From: Auanema rhodensis
Lineage: Eukaryota; Animalia; Nematoda
Direction: 5' to 3'
Assembly (NCBI GenBank): GCA_964057225.1
Contig: OZ059898.1
Location: 20,026,001-20,090,000 of the forward strand
DNA length: 64,000 bases
Position numbers and translations under genes: made by a program. How positions within the stretch are numbered: the first letter of the stretch is position 1; each line of letters starts with the position of its first letter. A model generated the notes under the pieces. That model was given only the letters and a program-made list of their open reading frames with translations. It was not told the origin of the DNA and searched no databases. Below are positions 11,807-27,300 of the stretch, piece by piece.

Positions 11807-13612
11807 ATGCACTATACTATATTGAGAAACGCTTGATACAAAAGTTAGTTATGATCGTTTGAAAAATGATGCATTAGTGTATTTTGAGTTTCCATGTACA
11901 CTCAACATTGCTTCCAAAAACATTTTGACAAAAATTTTTTCGAAAAATTTCAAAATAATTTCGCAAAAAGTAAATGTTTTTAGATTTCTTTTTTCAAGGC
12001 AAAGACGATGGACGATGTTATTCAACAAAAAAATTAATTCTTCAGGGTGAAAATCGAGTAAATAAGTGTGAACTTATATCAGTTGATATCTCGGTGCATT
12101 TTTAAGCTAGCGCCAATCTGATAACACAGATCGACGCAGCTTAAAACTCCGCATCGAGTGCACTATACTACATTGAGAAACGCTTGATACAAAAATTAGT
12201 TATGATCGTTTGAAAAATGATGCATTAGTGTATTTTGAGTTTCCATGTACATTCAACATTGCTTCCAAAAACATTTTGACAAAAATTTTTCCGAAAAATT
12301 TCAAAATAATTTCGCAAAAAGTAGATGTTTTTAGATTTTTTTTTTCAAGGCAAAGACGATGGACAAGGTTTATCAACGAAAAAATTAATTCTTCAGGGTG
12401 AAAATCGAGGATATAAGTGTGAACTTATATCAGTTGATATCTCGGTGCATTTTTCAGCTAGCGCAAATATGATAACACAGATCGACGCAGCTTAAAAATC
12501 CGCATCGAATGCACTATACTACATTGAGAAACGCTTGATACAAAAATTAGTTATGATCGTTTGAAAAATGATGCATTAGTGTATTTTGAGTTTCCATGTA
12601 CACTCAACATTGCTTCCAAAAACATTTTGACAAAAATTTTTCCGAAAAATTTCAAAATAATTTCGCAAAAAGTAGATGTTTTTAGATTTTTTTTTCAAGG
12701 CAAAGACGATGGACAAGGTTATTCAACGAAAAAATTAATTCTTCAGGGTGAAAATCGAGGAAATAAGTGTGAACTTATATCAGTTGATATCTCGGTGCAT
12801 TTTTAAGCTAGCGCAAATCTGATAACACAGATCGACGCAGCTTAAAAATCCGCATCGAATGCACTATACTATATTGAGAAACGCTTGATACAAAAGTTAG
12901 TTATGATCGTTTGAAAAATGATGCATTAGTGTATTTTGAGTTTCCATGTACACTCAACATTGCTTCCAAAAACATTTTGACAAAAATTTTTTCGAAAAAT
13001 TTCGAAATAATTTCGCAAAAAGTAAATGTTTTTAGATTTCTTTTTTCAAGGCAAAGACGATGGACGATGTTATTCAACAAAAAAATTAATTCTTCAGGGT
13101 GAAAATCGAGTAAATAAGTGTGAACTTATATCAGTTGATATCTCGGTGCATTTTTAAGCTAGCGCAAATCTGATAACACAGATCGACGCAGCTTAAAACT
13201 CCGCATCGAGTGCACTATACTACATTGAGAAACGCTTGATACAAAAATTAGTTATGATCGTTTGAAAAATGATGCATTAGTGTATTTTGAGTTTCCATGT
13301 ACATTCAACATTGCTTCCAAAAACATTTTGACAAAAATTTTTCCGAAAAATTTCAAAATAATTTCGCAAAAAGTAAATGTTTTTAGATTTCTTTTTTCAA
13401 GGCAAAGACGATGGACAATGTTATTCAACGAAAAAATCAATTCTTCAGGGTGAAAATCGAGGATATAAGTGTGAACTTATATCAGTTGATATCTCGGTGC
13501 ATTTTCAAGCTAGCGCAAATCTAATAACACAGATCGACGCAGCTTAAAAATCCGCATCGAATGCACTATACTACATTGAAAAACGCTTGATACAAAAATT
13601 AGTTATGATCGT

Positions 13613-15367
13613 TTGAAAAATGATGCATTAGTGTATTTTGAGTTTCCATGTACACTCAACATTGCTTCCAAAAACATTTTGACAAAAATTTTTCCGAAAC
13701 ATTTCAAAATAATTTCGCAAAAAGTAGCTGTTTTTAGATTCTTTTTTTCAAGGCAAAGACGATGGACAATGTTATTCAACAAAAAAATTAATTCTTCAGG
13801 GTGAAAATCGAGGATATAAGTGTGAACTTATATCAGTTGATATCTCGGTGCATTTTTAAGCTAGCGCAAATCTGATAACACAGATCGACGCAGCTTAAAA
13901 ATCCGCATCGAATGCACTATACTATATTGAGAAACGCTTGATACAAAAGTTAGTTATGATCGTTTGAAAAATGATGCATTAGTGTATTTTGAGTTTCCAT
14001 GTACACTCAACATTGCTTCCAAAAACATTTTGACAAAAATTTTTTCGAAAAATTTCAAAATAATTTCGCAAAAAGTAGATGTTTTTAGATTTTTTTTTTC
14101 AAGGCAAAGACGATGGACAATGTTATTCAACGAAAAAATTAATTCTTCAGGGTGAAAATCGAGGATATAAGTGTGAACTTATATCAGTTGATATCTCGGT
14201 GCATTTTCAAGCTAGCGCAAATCTAATAACACAGATCGACGCAGCTTAAAAATCCGCATCGAATGCACTATACTACATTGAAAAACGCTTGATACAAAAA
14301 TTAGTTATGATCGTTTGAAAAATGATGCATTAGTGTATTTTGAGTTTCCATGTACACTCAACATTGCTTCCAAAAACATTTTGACAAAAATTTTTCCGAA
14401 ACATTTCAAAATAATTTCGCAAAAAGTAGCTGTTTTTAGATTCTTTTTTTCAAGGCAAAGACGATGGACAATGTTATTCAACAAAAAAATTAATTCTTCA
14501 GGGTGAAAATCGAGGATATAAGTGTGAACTTATATCAGTTGATATCTCGGTGCATTTTTAAGCTAGCGCAAATCTGATAACACAGATCGACGCAGCTTAA
14601 AAATCCGCATCGAATGCACTATACTATATTGAGAAACGCTTGATACAAAAGTTAGTTATGATCGTTTGAAAAATGATGCATTAGTGTATTTTGAGTTTCC
14701 ATGTACACTCAACATTGCTTCCAAAAACATTTTGACAAAAATTTTTTCGAAAAATTTCAAAATAATTTCGCAAAAAGTAGATGTTTTTAGATTTTTTTTT
14801 TCAAGGCAAAGACGATGGACAATGTTATTCAACGAAAAAATTAATTCTTCAGGGTGAAAATCGAGGATATAAGTGTGAACTTATATCAGTTGATATCTCG
14901 GTGCATTTTCAAGCTAGCGCAAATCTAATAACACAGATCGACGCAGCTTAAAAATCCGCATCGAATGCACTATACTACATTGAAAAACGCTTGATACAAA
15001 AATTAGTTATGATCGTTTGAAAAATGATGCATTAGTGTATTTTGAGTTTCCATGTACACTCAACATTGCTTCCAAAAACATTTTGACAAAAATTTTTCCG
15101 AAACATTTCAAAATAATTTCGCAAAAAGTAGCTGTTTTTAGATTCTTTTTTTCAAGGCAAAGACGATGGACAATGTTATTCAACAAAAAAATTAATTCTT
15201 CAGGGTGAAAATCGAGGATATAAGTGTGAACTTATATCAGTTGATATCTCGGTGCATTTTTAAGCTAGCGCAAATCTGATAACACAGATCGACGCAGCTT
15301 AAAAATCCGCATCGAATGCACTATACTATATTGAGAAACGCTTGATACAAAAGTTAGTTATGATCGT
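13613..15367. repeat. Dimer higher-order repeat (702 bp, 2.5 copies)
   Basis: The monomer with GAAACATT/GTAGCTG/CTATATTG/AAAGTTAG (13613, 14315, 15017) alternates with the monomer carrying TTTCAAGC/CTAAT/GAAAAACG (13964, 14666). Confidence 0.9.
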
Positions 15368-18300
15368 TTGAAAAATGATGCATTAGTGTATTTTGAGTTT
15401 CCATGTACACTCAACATTGCTTCCAAAAACATTTTGACAAAAATTTTTTCGAAAAATTTCAAAATAATTTCGCAAAAAGTAGATGTTTTTAGATTTTTTT
15501 TTTAAGGCAAAGACGATGGACAATGTTATTCAACGAAAAAATTAATTCTTCAGGGTGAAAATCGAGGATATAAGTGTGAGCTTATATCGGTTGATATCTC
15601 GGTGCATTTTTACGCTAGCGCAAATATGATAACACAGATCGACGCAGCTTAAAAATCCGCATCGAATGCACTATACTACATTGAGAAACGCTTGATACAA
15701 AAATTAGTTATGATCGTTTGAAAAATGATGCATTAGTGTATTTTGAGTTTCCATGTACACTCAACATTGCTTCCAAAAACATTTTGACAAAAATTTTTTC
15801 GAAAAATTTCAAAATAATTTCGCAAAAAGTAAATGTTTTAAGATTTCTTTTTTCAAGGCAAAGACGATGAACGATGTTATTCAACAAAAAAATTAATTCT
15901 TCAGGGTGAAAATCGAGGATATAAGTGTGAGCTTATATCAGTTGATATCTCGGTGCATTTTTAAGCTAGCGCAAATCTGATAACACAGATCGACGCAGCT
16001 TAAAAATCCGCATCGAATGCACTATACTACATTGAGAAACGCTTGATACAAAAATTAGTTATGATCGTTTGGAAAATGATGCATTAGTGTTTTTTGAGTT
16101 TCCATGTACACTCAACATTGCTTCCAAAAACATTTTGACAAAAATTTTTTCGAAAAATTTCAAAATAATTTCGCAAAAAGTAGATGTTTTTAAATTTCTT
16201 TTTTCAAGGCAAAGACGATGGACAATGTTATTCAACGAATAAATCAATTCTTCAGGGTGAAAATCGAGGATATAAGTGTGAACTTATATCAGTTGATATC
16301 TCGGTGCATTTTTAAGCTAGCGCAAATCTGATAACACAGATCGACGCAGCTTAAAAATCCGCATCGAATGCACTATACTACATTGAGAAACGCTTGATAC
16401 AAAAATTAGTTATGATCGTTTGGAAAATGATGCATTAGTGTTTTTTGAGTTTCCATGTACACTCAACATTGCTTCCAAAAACATTTTGACAAAAATTTTT
16501 TCGAAAAATTTCAAAATAATTTCGCAAAAAATAAATGTTTTTAGATTTTTTCGTTCAAGGCAAAGACGATGAACGATGTTATTCAACAAAAAAATTAATT
16601 CTTCAGGGTGAAAATCGAGGATATAAGTGTGAGCTTATATCAGTTGATATCTCGGTGCATTTTTAAGCTAGCGCAAATCTGATAACACAGATCGACGCAG
16701 CTTAAAAATCCGCATCGAATGCACTATACTACATTGAGAAACGCTTGATATAAAAATTAGTTATGATCGTTTGAAAAATGATGCATTAGTGTTTTTTGAG
16801 TTTCCATGTACACTCAACATTGCTTCCAAAAACATTTTGACAAAAATTTTTTCGAAAAATTTCAAAATAATTTCGCAAAAAGTAGATAATTTTAGATTTT
16901 TTCGTTCAAGGCAAAGACGATGGACAATGTTATTCAACGAAAAAATTAATTCTTCAGGGTGAAAATCGAGGATATAAGTGTGAGCTTATATCAGTTGATA
17001 TCTCGGTGCATTTTCAAGCTAGCGCAAATCTAATAACACAGATCGACGCAGCTTAAAAATCCGCATCGAATGCACTATACTACATTGAGAAACGCTTGAT
17101 ACAAAAATTAGTTATGATCGTTTGAAAAATGATGCATTAGTGTTTTTTGAGTTTCCATGTACACTCAACATTGCTTCCAAAAACGTTTTGACAAAAATTT
17201 TTTCGAAAAATTTCAAAATAATTTCGCAAAAAGTAGATGTTTTTAGATTTTTTTTTTCAAGGCAAAGACGATGGACAATGTTATTCAACGAAAAAATTAA
17301 TTCTTCAGGGTGAAAATCGAGGATATAAGTGTGAACTTATATCAGTTGATATCTCGGTGCATTTTCAAGCTAGCGCAAATCTAATAACACAGATCGACGC
17401 AGCTTAAAAATCCGCATCGAATGCACTATACTACATTGAAAAACGCTTGATACAAAAATTAGTTATGATCGTTTGGAAAATGATGCATTAGTGTATTTTG
17501 AGTTTCCATGTACACTCAACATTGCTTCCAAAAACATTTTGACAAAAATTTTTTCGAAAAATTTCAAAATAATTTCGCAAAAAGTAAATGTTTTTAGATT
17601 TCTTTTTTCAAGGCAAAGACGATGAACGATGTTATTCAACAAAAAAATTAATTCTTCAGGGTGAAAATCGAGGATATAAGTGTGAGCTTATATCAGTTGA
17701 TATCTCGGTGCATTTTTAAGCTAGCGCAAATCTGATAACACAGATCGACGCAGCTTAAAAATCCGCATCGAATGCACTATACTACATTGAGAAACGCTTG
17801 ATATAAAAATTAGTTATGATCGTTTGAAAAATGATGCATTAGTGTTTTTTGAGTTTCCATGTACACTCAACATTGCTTCCAAAAACATTTTGACAAAAAT
17901 TTTTTCGAAAAATTTCAAAATAATTTCGCAAAAAGTAGATAATTTTAGATTTTTTCGTTCAAGGCAAAGACGATGGACAATGTTATTCAACGAAAAAATT
18001 AATTCTTCAGGGTGAAAATCGAGGATATAAGTGTGAGCTTATATCAGTTGATATCTCGGTGCATTTTCAAGCTAGCGCAAATCTAATAACACAGATCGAC
18101 GCAGCTTAAAAATCCGCATCGAATGCACTATACTACATTGAGAAACGCTTGATACAAAAATTAGTTATGATCGTTTGAAAAATGATGCATTAGTGTATTT
18201 TGAGTTTCCATGTACACTCAACATTGCTTCCAAAAACATTTTGACAAAAATTTTTTCGAAAAATTTCAGAATAATTTCGCAAAAAGTAAATGTTTTTAGA

Positions 18301-21300
18301 TTTCTTTTTTCAAGGCAAAGACGATGGACGATGTTATTCAACAAAAAAATTAATTCTTCAGGGTGAAAATCGAGTAAATAAGTGTGAACTTATATCAGTT
18401 GATATCTCGGTGCATTTTTAAGCTAGCGCAAATCTGATAACACAGATCGACGCAGCTTAAAACTCCGCATCGAGTGCACTATACTACATTGAGAAACGCT
18501 TGATACAAAAATTAGTTATGATCGTTTGAAAAATGATGCATTAGTGTATTTTGAGTTTCCATGTACATTCAACATTGCTTCCAAAAACATTTTGACAAAA
18601 ATTTTTCCGAAAAATTTCAAAATAATTTCGCAAAAAGTAGATGTTTTTAGATTTTTTTTTTCAAGGCAAAGACGATGGACAAGGTTTATCAACGAAAAAA
18701 TTAATTCTTCAGGGTGAAAATCGAGGATATAAGTGTGAACTTATATCAGTTGATATCTCGGTGCATTTTTCAGCTAGCGCAAATATGATAACACAGATCG
18801 ACGCAGCTTAAAAATCCGCATCGAATGCACTATACTACATTGAGAAACGCTTGATACAAAAATTAGTTATGATCGTTTGAAAAATGATGCATTAGTGTAT
18901 TTTGAGTTTCCATGTACACTCAACATTGCTTCCAAAAACATTTTGACAAAAATTTTTCCGAAAAATTTCAAAATAATTTCGCAAAAAGTAGATGTTTTTA
19001 GATTTTTTTTTCAAGGCAAAGACGATGGACAAGGTTATTCAACGAAAAAATTAATTCTTCAGGGTGAAAATCGAGGATATAAAAGTGAACTTATATCAGT
19101 TGATATCTCGGTGCATTTTTAAGCTAGCGCAAATCTGATAACACAGATCGATGCAGCTTAAAAATCCGCATCGAATGCTCTATACTACATTGAGAAACGC
19201 TTGATACAAAAATTAGTTATGATCGTTTGAAAAATGATGCATTAGTGTATTTTGAGTTTCCATGTACACTCAACATTGCTTCCAAAAACATTTTGACAAA
19301 AATTTTTCCGAAAAATTTCAAAATAATTTCGCAAAAAGTAGATGTTTTTCGATTTTTTTTTTCAAGGCAAAGACGATGGACAATGTTATTCAACAAAAAA
19401 ATTAATTCTTCAGGGTGAAAATCGAGGATATAAGTGTGAACTTATATCAGTTGATATCTCGGTGCATTTTTAAGCTAGCGCAAATCTGATAACACAGATC
19501 GACGCAGCTTAAAAATCCGCATCGAATGCACTATACTATATTGAGAAACGCTTGATACAAAAGTTAGTTATGATCGTTTGAAAAATGATGCATTAGTGTA
19601 TTTTGAGTTTCCATGTACACTCAACATTGCTTCCAAAAACATTTTGACAAAAATTTTTTCGAAAAATTTCAAAATAATTTCGCAAAAAGTAAATGTTTTT
19701 AGATTTCTTTTTTCAAGGCAAAGACGATGGACGATGTTATTCAACAAAAAAATTAATTCTTCAGGGTGAAAATCGAGGATATAAGTGTGAACTTATATCA
19801 GTTGATATCTCGGTGCATTTTTAAGCTAGCGCAAATCTGATAACACAGATCGACGCAGCTTAAAAATCCGCATCGAATGCACTATACTACATTGAGAAAC
19901 GCTTGATACAAAAATTAGTTATGATCGTTTGGAAAATGATGCATTAGTGTATTTTGAGTTTCCATGTACACTCAACATTGCTTCCAAAAACATTTTGACA
20001 AACATTTTTCCGAAAAATTTCAAAATAATTTCGCAAAAAGTAGATGTTTTTCAATTTTATTTTTCGAGGCAAAGACGATGGACAATGTTATTCAACGAAA
20101 AAATTAATTCTTCAGGGTGAAAATCGAAGATATAAGTGTGAACTTATATCAGTTGATATCTCGGTGCACTTTTAAGCTAGCGCAAATCTGATAACACAGA
20201 TCGACGCAGCTTAAAAATCCGCATCGAATGCACTATACTACATTGAGAAACGCTTAATACAAAAATTAGTTATGATCGTTTGGAAAATGATGCATTAGTG
20301 TATGTTGAGTTTCCATGTACACTCAACATTGCTTCCAAAAACATTTTGACAAAAATTTTTTCGAAAAATTTCTGAATAATTTAGCAAAAAGTAGATGTTT
20401 TTAGATTTTTTTTTTAAGGCAAAGACGATGGACAATGTTATTCAACGAAAAAATTAATTCTTCAGGGTGAAAATCGAGGATATAAGTGTGAGCTTATATC
20501 GGTTGATATCTCGGTGCATTTTTACGCTAGCGCAAATATGATAACACAGATCGACGCAGCTTACAAATCCGCATCGAATGCACTATACTACATTGAGAAA
20601 CGCTTGATACAAAAATTAGTTATGATCGTTTGAAAAATGATGCATTAGTGTATTTTGAGTTTCCATGTACACTCAACATTGCTTCCAAAAACATTTTGAC
20701 AAAAATTTTTCCGAAACATTTCAAAATAATTTCGCAAAAAGTAGCTGTTTTTAGATTCTTTTTTTCAAGGCAAAGACGATGGACAATGTTATTCAACAAA
20801 AAAATTAATTCTTCAGGGTGAAAATCGAGGATATAAGTGTGAACTTATATCAGTTGATATCTCGGTGCATTTTTAAGCTAGCGCAAATCTGATAACACAG
20901 ATCGACGCAGCTTAAAAATCCGCATCGAATGCACTATACTATATTGAGAAACGTTTGATACAAAAGTTAGTTATGATCGTTTGAAAAATGATGCATTAGT
21001 GTATTTTGAGTTTCCATGTACACTCAACATTGCTTCCAAAAACATTTTGACAAAAATTTTTTCGAAAAATTTCAAAATAATTTCGCAAAAAGTAGATGTT
21101 TTTAGATTTTTTTTTTAAGGCAAAGACGATGGACAATGTTATTCAACGAAAAAATTAATTCTTCAGGGTGAAAATCGAGGATATAAGTGTGAGCTTATAT
21201 CGGTTGATATCTCGGTGCATTTTTACGCTAGCGCAAATATGATAACACAGATCGACGCAGCTTAAAAATCCGCATCGAATGCACTATACTACATTGAGAA

Positions 21301-24300
21301 ACGCTTGATACAAAAATTAGTTATGATCGTTTGAAAAATGATGCATTAGTGTATTTTGAGTTTCCATGTACACTCAACATTGCTTCCAAAAACATTTTGA
21401 CAAAAATTTTTTCGAAAAATTTCAAAATAATTTCGCAAAAAGTAAATGTTTTAAGATTTCTTTTTTCAAGGCAAAGACGATGAACGATGTTATTCAACAA
21501 AAAAATTAATTCTTCAGGGTGAAAATCGAGGATATAAGTGTGAGCTTATATCAGTTGATATCTCGGTGCATTTTTAAGCTAGCGCAAATCTGATAACACA
21601 GATCGACGCAGCTTAAAAATCCGCATCGAATGCACTATACTACATTGAGAAACGCTTGATACAAAAATTAGTTATGATCGTTTGGAAAATGATGCATTAG
21701 TGTATTTTGAGTTTCCATGTACACTCAACATTGCTTCCAAAAACATTTTGACAAAAATTTTTTCGAAAAATTTCAAAATATTTTCGCAAAAAGTAAATGT
21801 TTTTAGATTTCTTTTTTCAAGGCAAAGACGATGAACGATGTTATTCAACAAAAAAATTAATTCTTCAGGGTGAAAATCGAGGATATAAGTGTGAGCTTAT
21901 ATCAGTTGATATCTCGGTGCATTTTTAAGCTAGCGCAAATCTGATAACACAGATCGACGCAGCTTAAAAATCCGCATCGAATGCACTATACTACATTGAG
22001 AAACGCTTGATATAAAAATTAGTTATGATCGTTTGAAAAATGATGCATTAGTGTTTTTTGAGTTTCCATGTACACTCAACATTGCTTCCAAAAACATTTT
22101 GACAAAGATTTTTTCGAAAAATTTCAAAATAATTTCGCAAAAAGTAGATGTTTTTAAATTTCTTTTTTCAAGGCAAAGACGATGGACAATGTTATTCAAC
22201 GAATAAATTAATTCTTCAGGGTGAAAATCGAGGATATAAGTGTGAACTTATATCAGTTGATATCTCGGTGCATTTTTAAGCTAGCGCAAATCTGATAACA
22301 CAGATCGACGCAGCTTAAAAATCCGCATCGAATGCACTATACTACATTGAGAAACGCTTGATACAAAAATTAGTTATGATCGTTTGGAAAATGATGCATT
22401 AGTGTTTTTTGAGTTTCCATGTACACTCAACATTGCTTCCAAAAACATTTTGACAAAAATTTTTTCGAAAAATTTCAAAATAATTTCGCAAAAAGTAAAT
22501 GTTTTTAGATTTCTTTTTTCAAGGCAAAGACGATGAACGATGTTATTCAACAAAAAAATTAATTCTTCAGGGTGAAAATCGAGGATATAAGTGTGAGCTT
22601 ATATCAGTTGATATCTCGGTGCATTTTTAAGCTAGCGCAAATCTGATAACACAGATCGACGCAGCTTAAAAATCCGCATCGAATGCACTATACTACATTG
22701 AGAAACGCTTGATATAAAAATTAGTTATGATCGTTTGAAAAATGATGCATTAGTGTTTTTTGAGTTTCCATGTACACTCAACATTGCTTCCAAAAACATT
22801 TTGACAAAAATTTTTTCGAAAAATTTCAAAATAATTTCGCAAAAAGTAGATAATTTTAGATTTTTTCGTTCAAGGCAAAGACGATGGACAATGTTATTCA
22901 ACGAAAAAATTAATTCTTCAGGGTGAAAATCGAGGATATAAGTGTGAGCTTATATCAGTTGATATCTCGGTGCATTTTCAAGCTAGCGCAAATCTAATAA
23001 CACAGATCGACGCAGCTTAAAAATCCGCATCGAATGCACTATACTACATTGAGAAACGCTTGATACAAAAATTAGTTATGATCGTTTGAAAAATGATGCA
23101 TTAGTGTTTTTTGAGTTTCCATGTACACTCAACATTGCTTCCAAAAACATTTTGACAAAAATTTTTTCGAAAAATTTCAAAATAATTTCGCAAAAAGTAG
23201 ATGTTTTTAGATTTTTTTTTTCAAGGCAAAGACGATGGACAATGTTATTCAACGAAAAAATTAATTCTTCAGGGTGAAAATCGAGGATATAAGTGTGAAC
23301 TTATATCAGTTGATATCTCGGTGCATTTTCAAGCTAGCGCAAATCTAATAACACAGATCGACGCAGCTTAAAAATCCGCATCGAATGCACTATACTACAT
23401 TGAAAAACGCTTGATACAAAAATTAGTTATGATCGTTTGGAAAATGATGCATTAGTGTATTTTGAGTTTCCATGTACACTCAACATTGCTTCCAAAAACA
23501 TTTTGACAAAAATTTTTTCGAAAAATTTCAAAATAATTTCGCAAAAAGTAAATGTTTTTAGATTTCTTTTTTCAAGGCAAAGACGATGAACGATGTTATT
23601 CAACAAAAAAATTAATTCTTCAGGGTGAAAATCGAGGATATAAGTGTGAGCTTATATCAGTTGATATCTCGGTGCATTTTTAAGCTAGCGCAAATCTGAT
23701 AACACAGATCGACGCAGCTTAAAAATCCGCATCGAATGCACTATACTACATTGAGAAACGCTTGATATAAAAATTAGTTATGATCGTTTGAAAAATGATG
23801 CATTAGTGTTTTTTGAGTTTCCATGTACACTCAACATTGCTTCCAAAAACATTTTGACAAAAATTTTTTCGAAAAATTTCAAAATGATTTCGCAAAAAGT
23901 AGATAATTTTAGATTTTTTCGTACAAGGCAAAGACGATGGACAATGTTATTCAACGAAAAAATTAATTCTTCAGGGTGAAAATCGAGGATATAAGTGTGA
24001 GCTTATATCAGTTGATATCTCGGTGCATTTTCAAGCTAGCGCAAATCTAATAACACAGATCGACGCAGCTTAAAAATCCGCATCGAATGCACTATACTAC
24101 ATTGAGAAACGCTTGATACAAAAATTAGTTATGATCGTTTGAAAAATGATGCATTAGTGTTTTTTGAGTTTCCATGTACACTCAACATTGCTTCCAAAAA
24201 CATTTTGACAAAAATTTTTTCGAAAAATTTCAAAATAATTTCGCAAAAAGTAGATGTTTTTAGATTTTTTTTTCCAAGGCAAAGACGATGGACAATGTTA

Positions 24301-27300
24301 TTCAACGAAAAAATTAATTCTTCAGGGTGAAAATCGAGGATATAAGTGTGAACTTATATCAGTTGATATCTCGGTGCATTTTCAAGCTAGCGCAAATCTA
24401 ATAACACAGATCGACGCAGCTTAAAAGTCCGCATCGAATGCACTATACTACATTGAGAAAAGCTTAATACAAAAATTAGTTATGATCGTTTGAAAAATGA
24501 TGCATTAGTGTATTTTGAGTTTCCATGTACTTTCAGCATTGCTTCCAAAAACATTTTGACAAAAATTTTTTCGAAAAATTTCAAAATAATTTCGCAAAAA
24601 GTAAATGTTTTTAGATTTCTTTTTTCAAGGCAAAGACGATGGACGATGTTATTCAACAAAAAAATTAATTCTTCAGGGTGAAAATCGAGGATATAAGTGT
24701 GAGCTTATATCAGTTGATATCTCGGTGCATTTTCAAGCTAGCGCAAATCTAATAACACAGATCGACGCAGCTTAAAAATCCGCATCGAATGCACTATACT
24801 ACATTGAGAAACGCTTGATACAAAAATTAGTTATGATCGTTTGAAAAATGATGCATTAGTGTTTTTTGAGTTTCCATGTACACTCAACATTGCTTCCAAA
24901 AACATTTTGACAAAAATTTTTTCGAAAAATTTCAAAATAATTTCGCAAAAAGTAGATGTTTTTAGATTTTTTTTTTCAAGGCAAAGACGATGGACAATGT
25001 TATTCAACGAAAAAATTAATTCTTCAGGGTGAAAATCGAGGATATAAGTGTGAACTTATATCAGTTGATATCTCGGTGCATTTTCAAGCTAGCGCAAATC
25101 TAATAACACAGATCGACGCAGCTTAAAAGTCCGCATCGAATGCACTATACTACATTGAGAAAAGCTTAATACAAAAATTAGTTATGATCGTTTGAAAAAT
25201 GATGCATTAGTGTATTTTGAGTTTCCATGTACTTTCAGCATTGCTTCCAAAAACATTTTGACAAAAATTTTTTCGAAAAATTTCAAAATAATTTCGCAAA
25301 AAGTAAATGTTTTTAGATTTCTTTTTTCAAGGCAAAGACGATGAACGATGTTATTCAACAAAAAAATTAATTCTTCAGGGTGAAAATCGAGGATATAAGT
25401 GTGAGCTTATATCAGTTGATATCTCGGTGCATTTTCAAGCTAGCGCAAATCTAATAACACAGATCGACGCAGCTTAAAAATCCGCATCGAATGCACTATA
25501 CTACATTGAGAAACGCTTGATACAAAAATTAGTTATGATCGTTTGAAAAATGATGCATTAGTGTTTTTTGAGTTTCCATGTACACTCAACATTGCTTCCA
25601 AAAACATTTTGACAAAAGTTTTTTCGAAAAATTTCAAAATAATTTCGCAAAAAGTAAATGTTTTTAGATTTCTTTTTTCAAGGCAAAGACGATGGACGAT
25701 GTTATTCAACAAAAAAATTAATTCTTCAGGGTGAAAATCGAGGATATAAGTGTGAGCTTATATCAGTTGATATCTCGGTGCATTTTTAAGCTAGCGCAAA
25801 TCTGATAACACAGATCGACGCAGCTTAAAAATCCGCATCGAATGCACTATACTACATTGAAAAACGCTTGATACAAAAATTAGTTATGATCGTTTGGAAA
25901 ATGATGCATTAGTGTATTTTGAGTTTCCATGTACACTCAACATTGCTTCCAAAAACATTTTGACAAAAATTTTTTCGAAAAATTTCAAAATAATTTCGCA
26001 AAAAGTAGATAATTTTAGATTTTTTCGTTCAAGGCAAAGACGATGGACAATGTTATTCAACGAAAAAATTAATTCTTCAGGGTGAAAATCGAGGATATAA
26101 GTGTGAGCTTATATCAGTTGATATCTCGGTGCATTTTTAAGCTAGCGCAAATCTAATAACACAGATCGACGCAGCTTAAAAATCCGCATCGAATGCACTA
26201 TACTACATTGAGAAACGCTTGATACAAAAATTAGTTATGATCGTTTGAAAAATGATGCATTAGTGTTTTTTGAGTTTCCATGTACACTCAACATTGCTTC
26301 CAAAAACATTTTGACAAAAGTTTTTTCGAAAAATTTCAAAATAATTTCGCAAAAAGTAAATGTTTTTAGATTTCTTTTTTCAAGGCAAAGACGATGGACG
26401 ATGTTATTCAACAAAAAAATTAATTCTTCAGGGTGAAAATCGAGGATATAAGTGTGAGCTTATATCAGTTGATATCTCGGTGCATTTTTAAGCTAGCGCA
26501 AATCTGATAACACAGATCGACGCAGCTTAAAAATCCGCATCGAATGCACTATACTACATTGAAAAACGCTTGATACAAAAATTAGTTATGATCGTTTGGA
26601 AAATGATGCATTAGTGTATTTTGAGTTTCCATGTACACTCAACATTGCTTCCAAAAACATTTTGACAAAAATTTTTTCGAAAAATTTCAAAATAATTTCG
26701 CAAAAAGTAGATAATTTTAGATTTTTTCGTTCAAGGCAAAGACGATGGACAATGTTATTCAACGAAAAAATTAATTCTTCAGGGTGAAAATCGAGGATAT
26801 AAGTGTGAGCTTATATCAGTTGATATCTCGGTGCATTTTTAAGCTAGCGCAAATCTAATAACACAGATCGACGCAGCTTAAAAATCCGCATCGAATGCAC
26901 TATACTACATTGAGAAACGCTTGATACAAAAATTAGTTATGATCGTTTGAAAAATGATGCATTAGTGTTTTTTGAGTTTCCATGTACACTCAACATTGCT
27001 TCCAAAAACATTTTGACAAAAGTTTTTTCAAAAAATTTCAAAATAATTTCGCAAAAAGTAGATGTTTTTAGATTTTTTTTTCAAGGCAAAGACGATGGAC
27101 AATGTTATTCAACGAAAAAATTAATTCTTCAGGGTGAAAATCGAGGATATAAGTGTGAACTTATATCAGTTGATATCTCGGTGCATTTTCAAGCTAGCGC
27201 AAATCTAATAACACAGATCGACGCAGCTTAAAAATCCGCATCGAATGCACTATACTACATTGAGAAAAGCTTAATACAAAAATTAGTTATGATCGTTTGA

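Larger units (their letters stand above)
11508..11858. repeat. Representative 351-bp monomer (arbitrary phase)
   Basis: Complete unit from TTGAAAAATG at 11508 to the base before the next unit at 11859. It contains single EcoRV (GATATC), NheI (GCTAGC), NsiI (ATGCAT) and BsrGI (TGTACA) sites, which predicts a ~350-bp restriction ladder. Confidence 0.97.
7999..13500. repeat. Block A, copy 1 (about 16 monomers), duplicated at 31154-36655
   Basis: The same ordered rare variants appear at offset 23,155/23,154: TTCTCAAGG, GACAATGG, AAATGCGC, a 1-bp deletion in TTTGAAAATG, TTAAAGCA, AAATTGAGG, GCGCCAAT, GGTTTATC, TTCGAAATA, AAAATCAATT. Confidence 0.92.
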
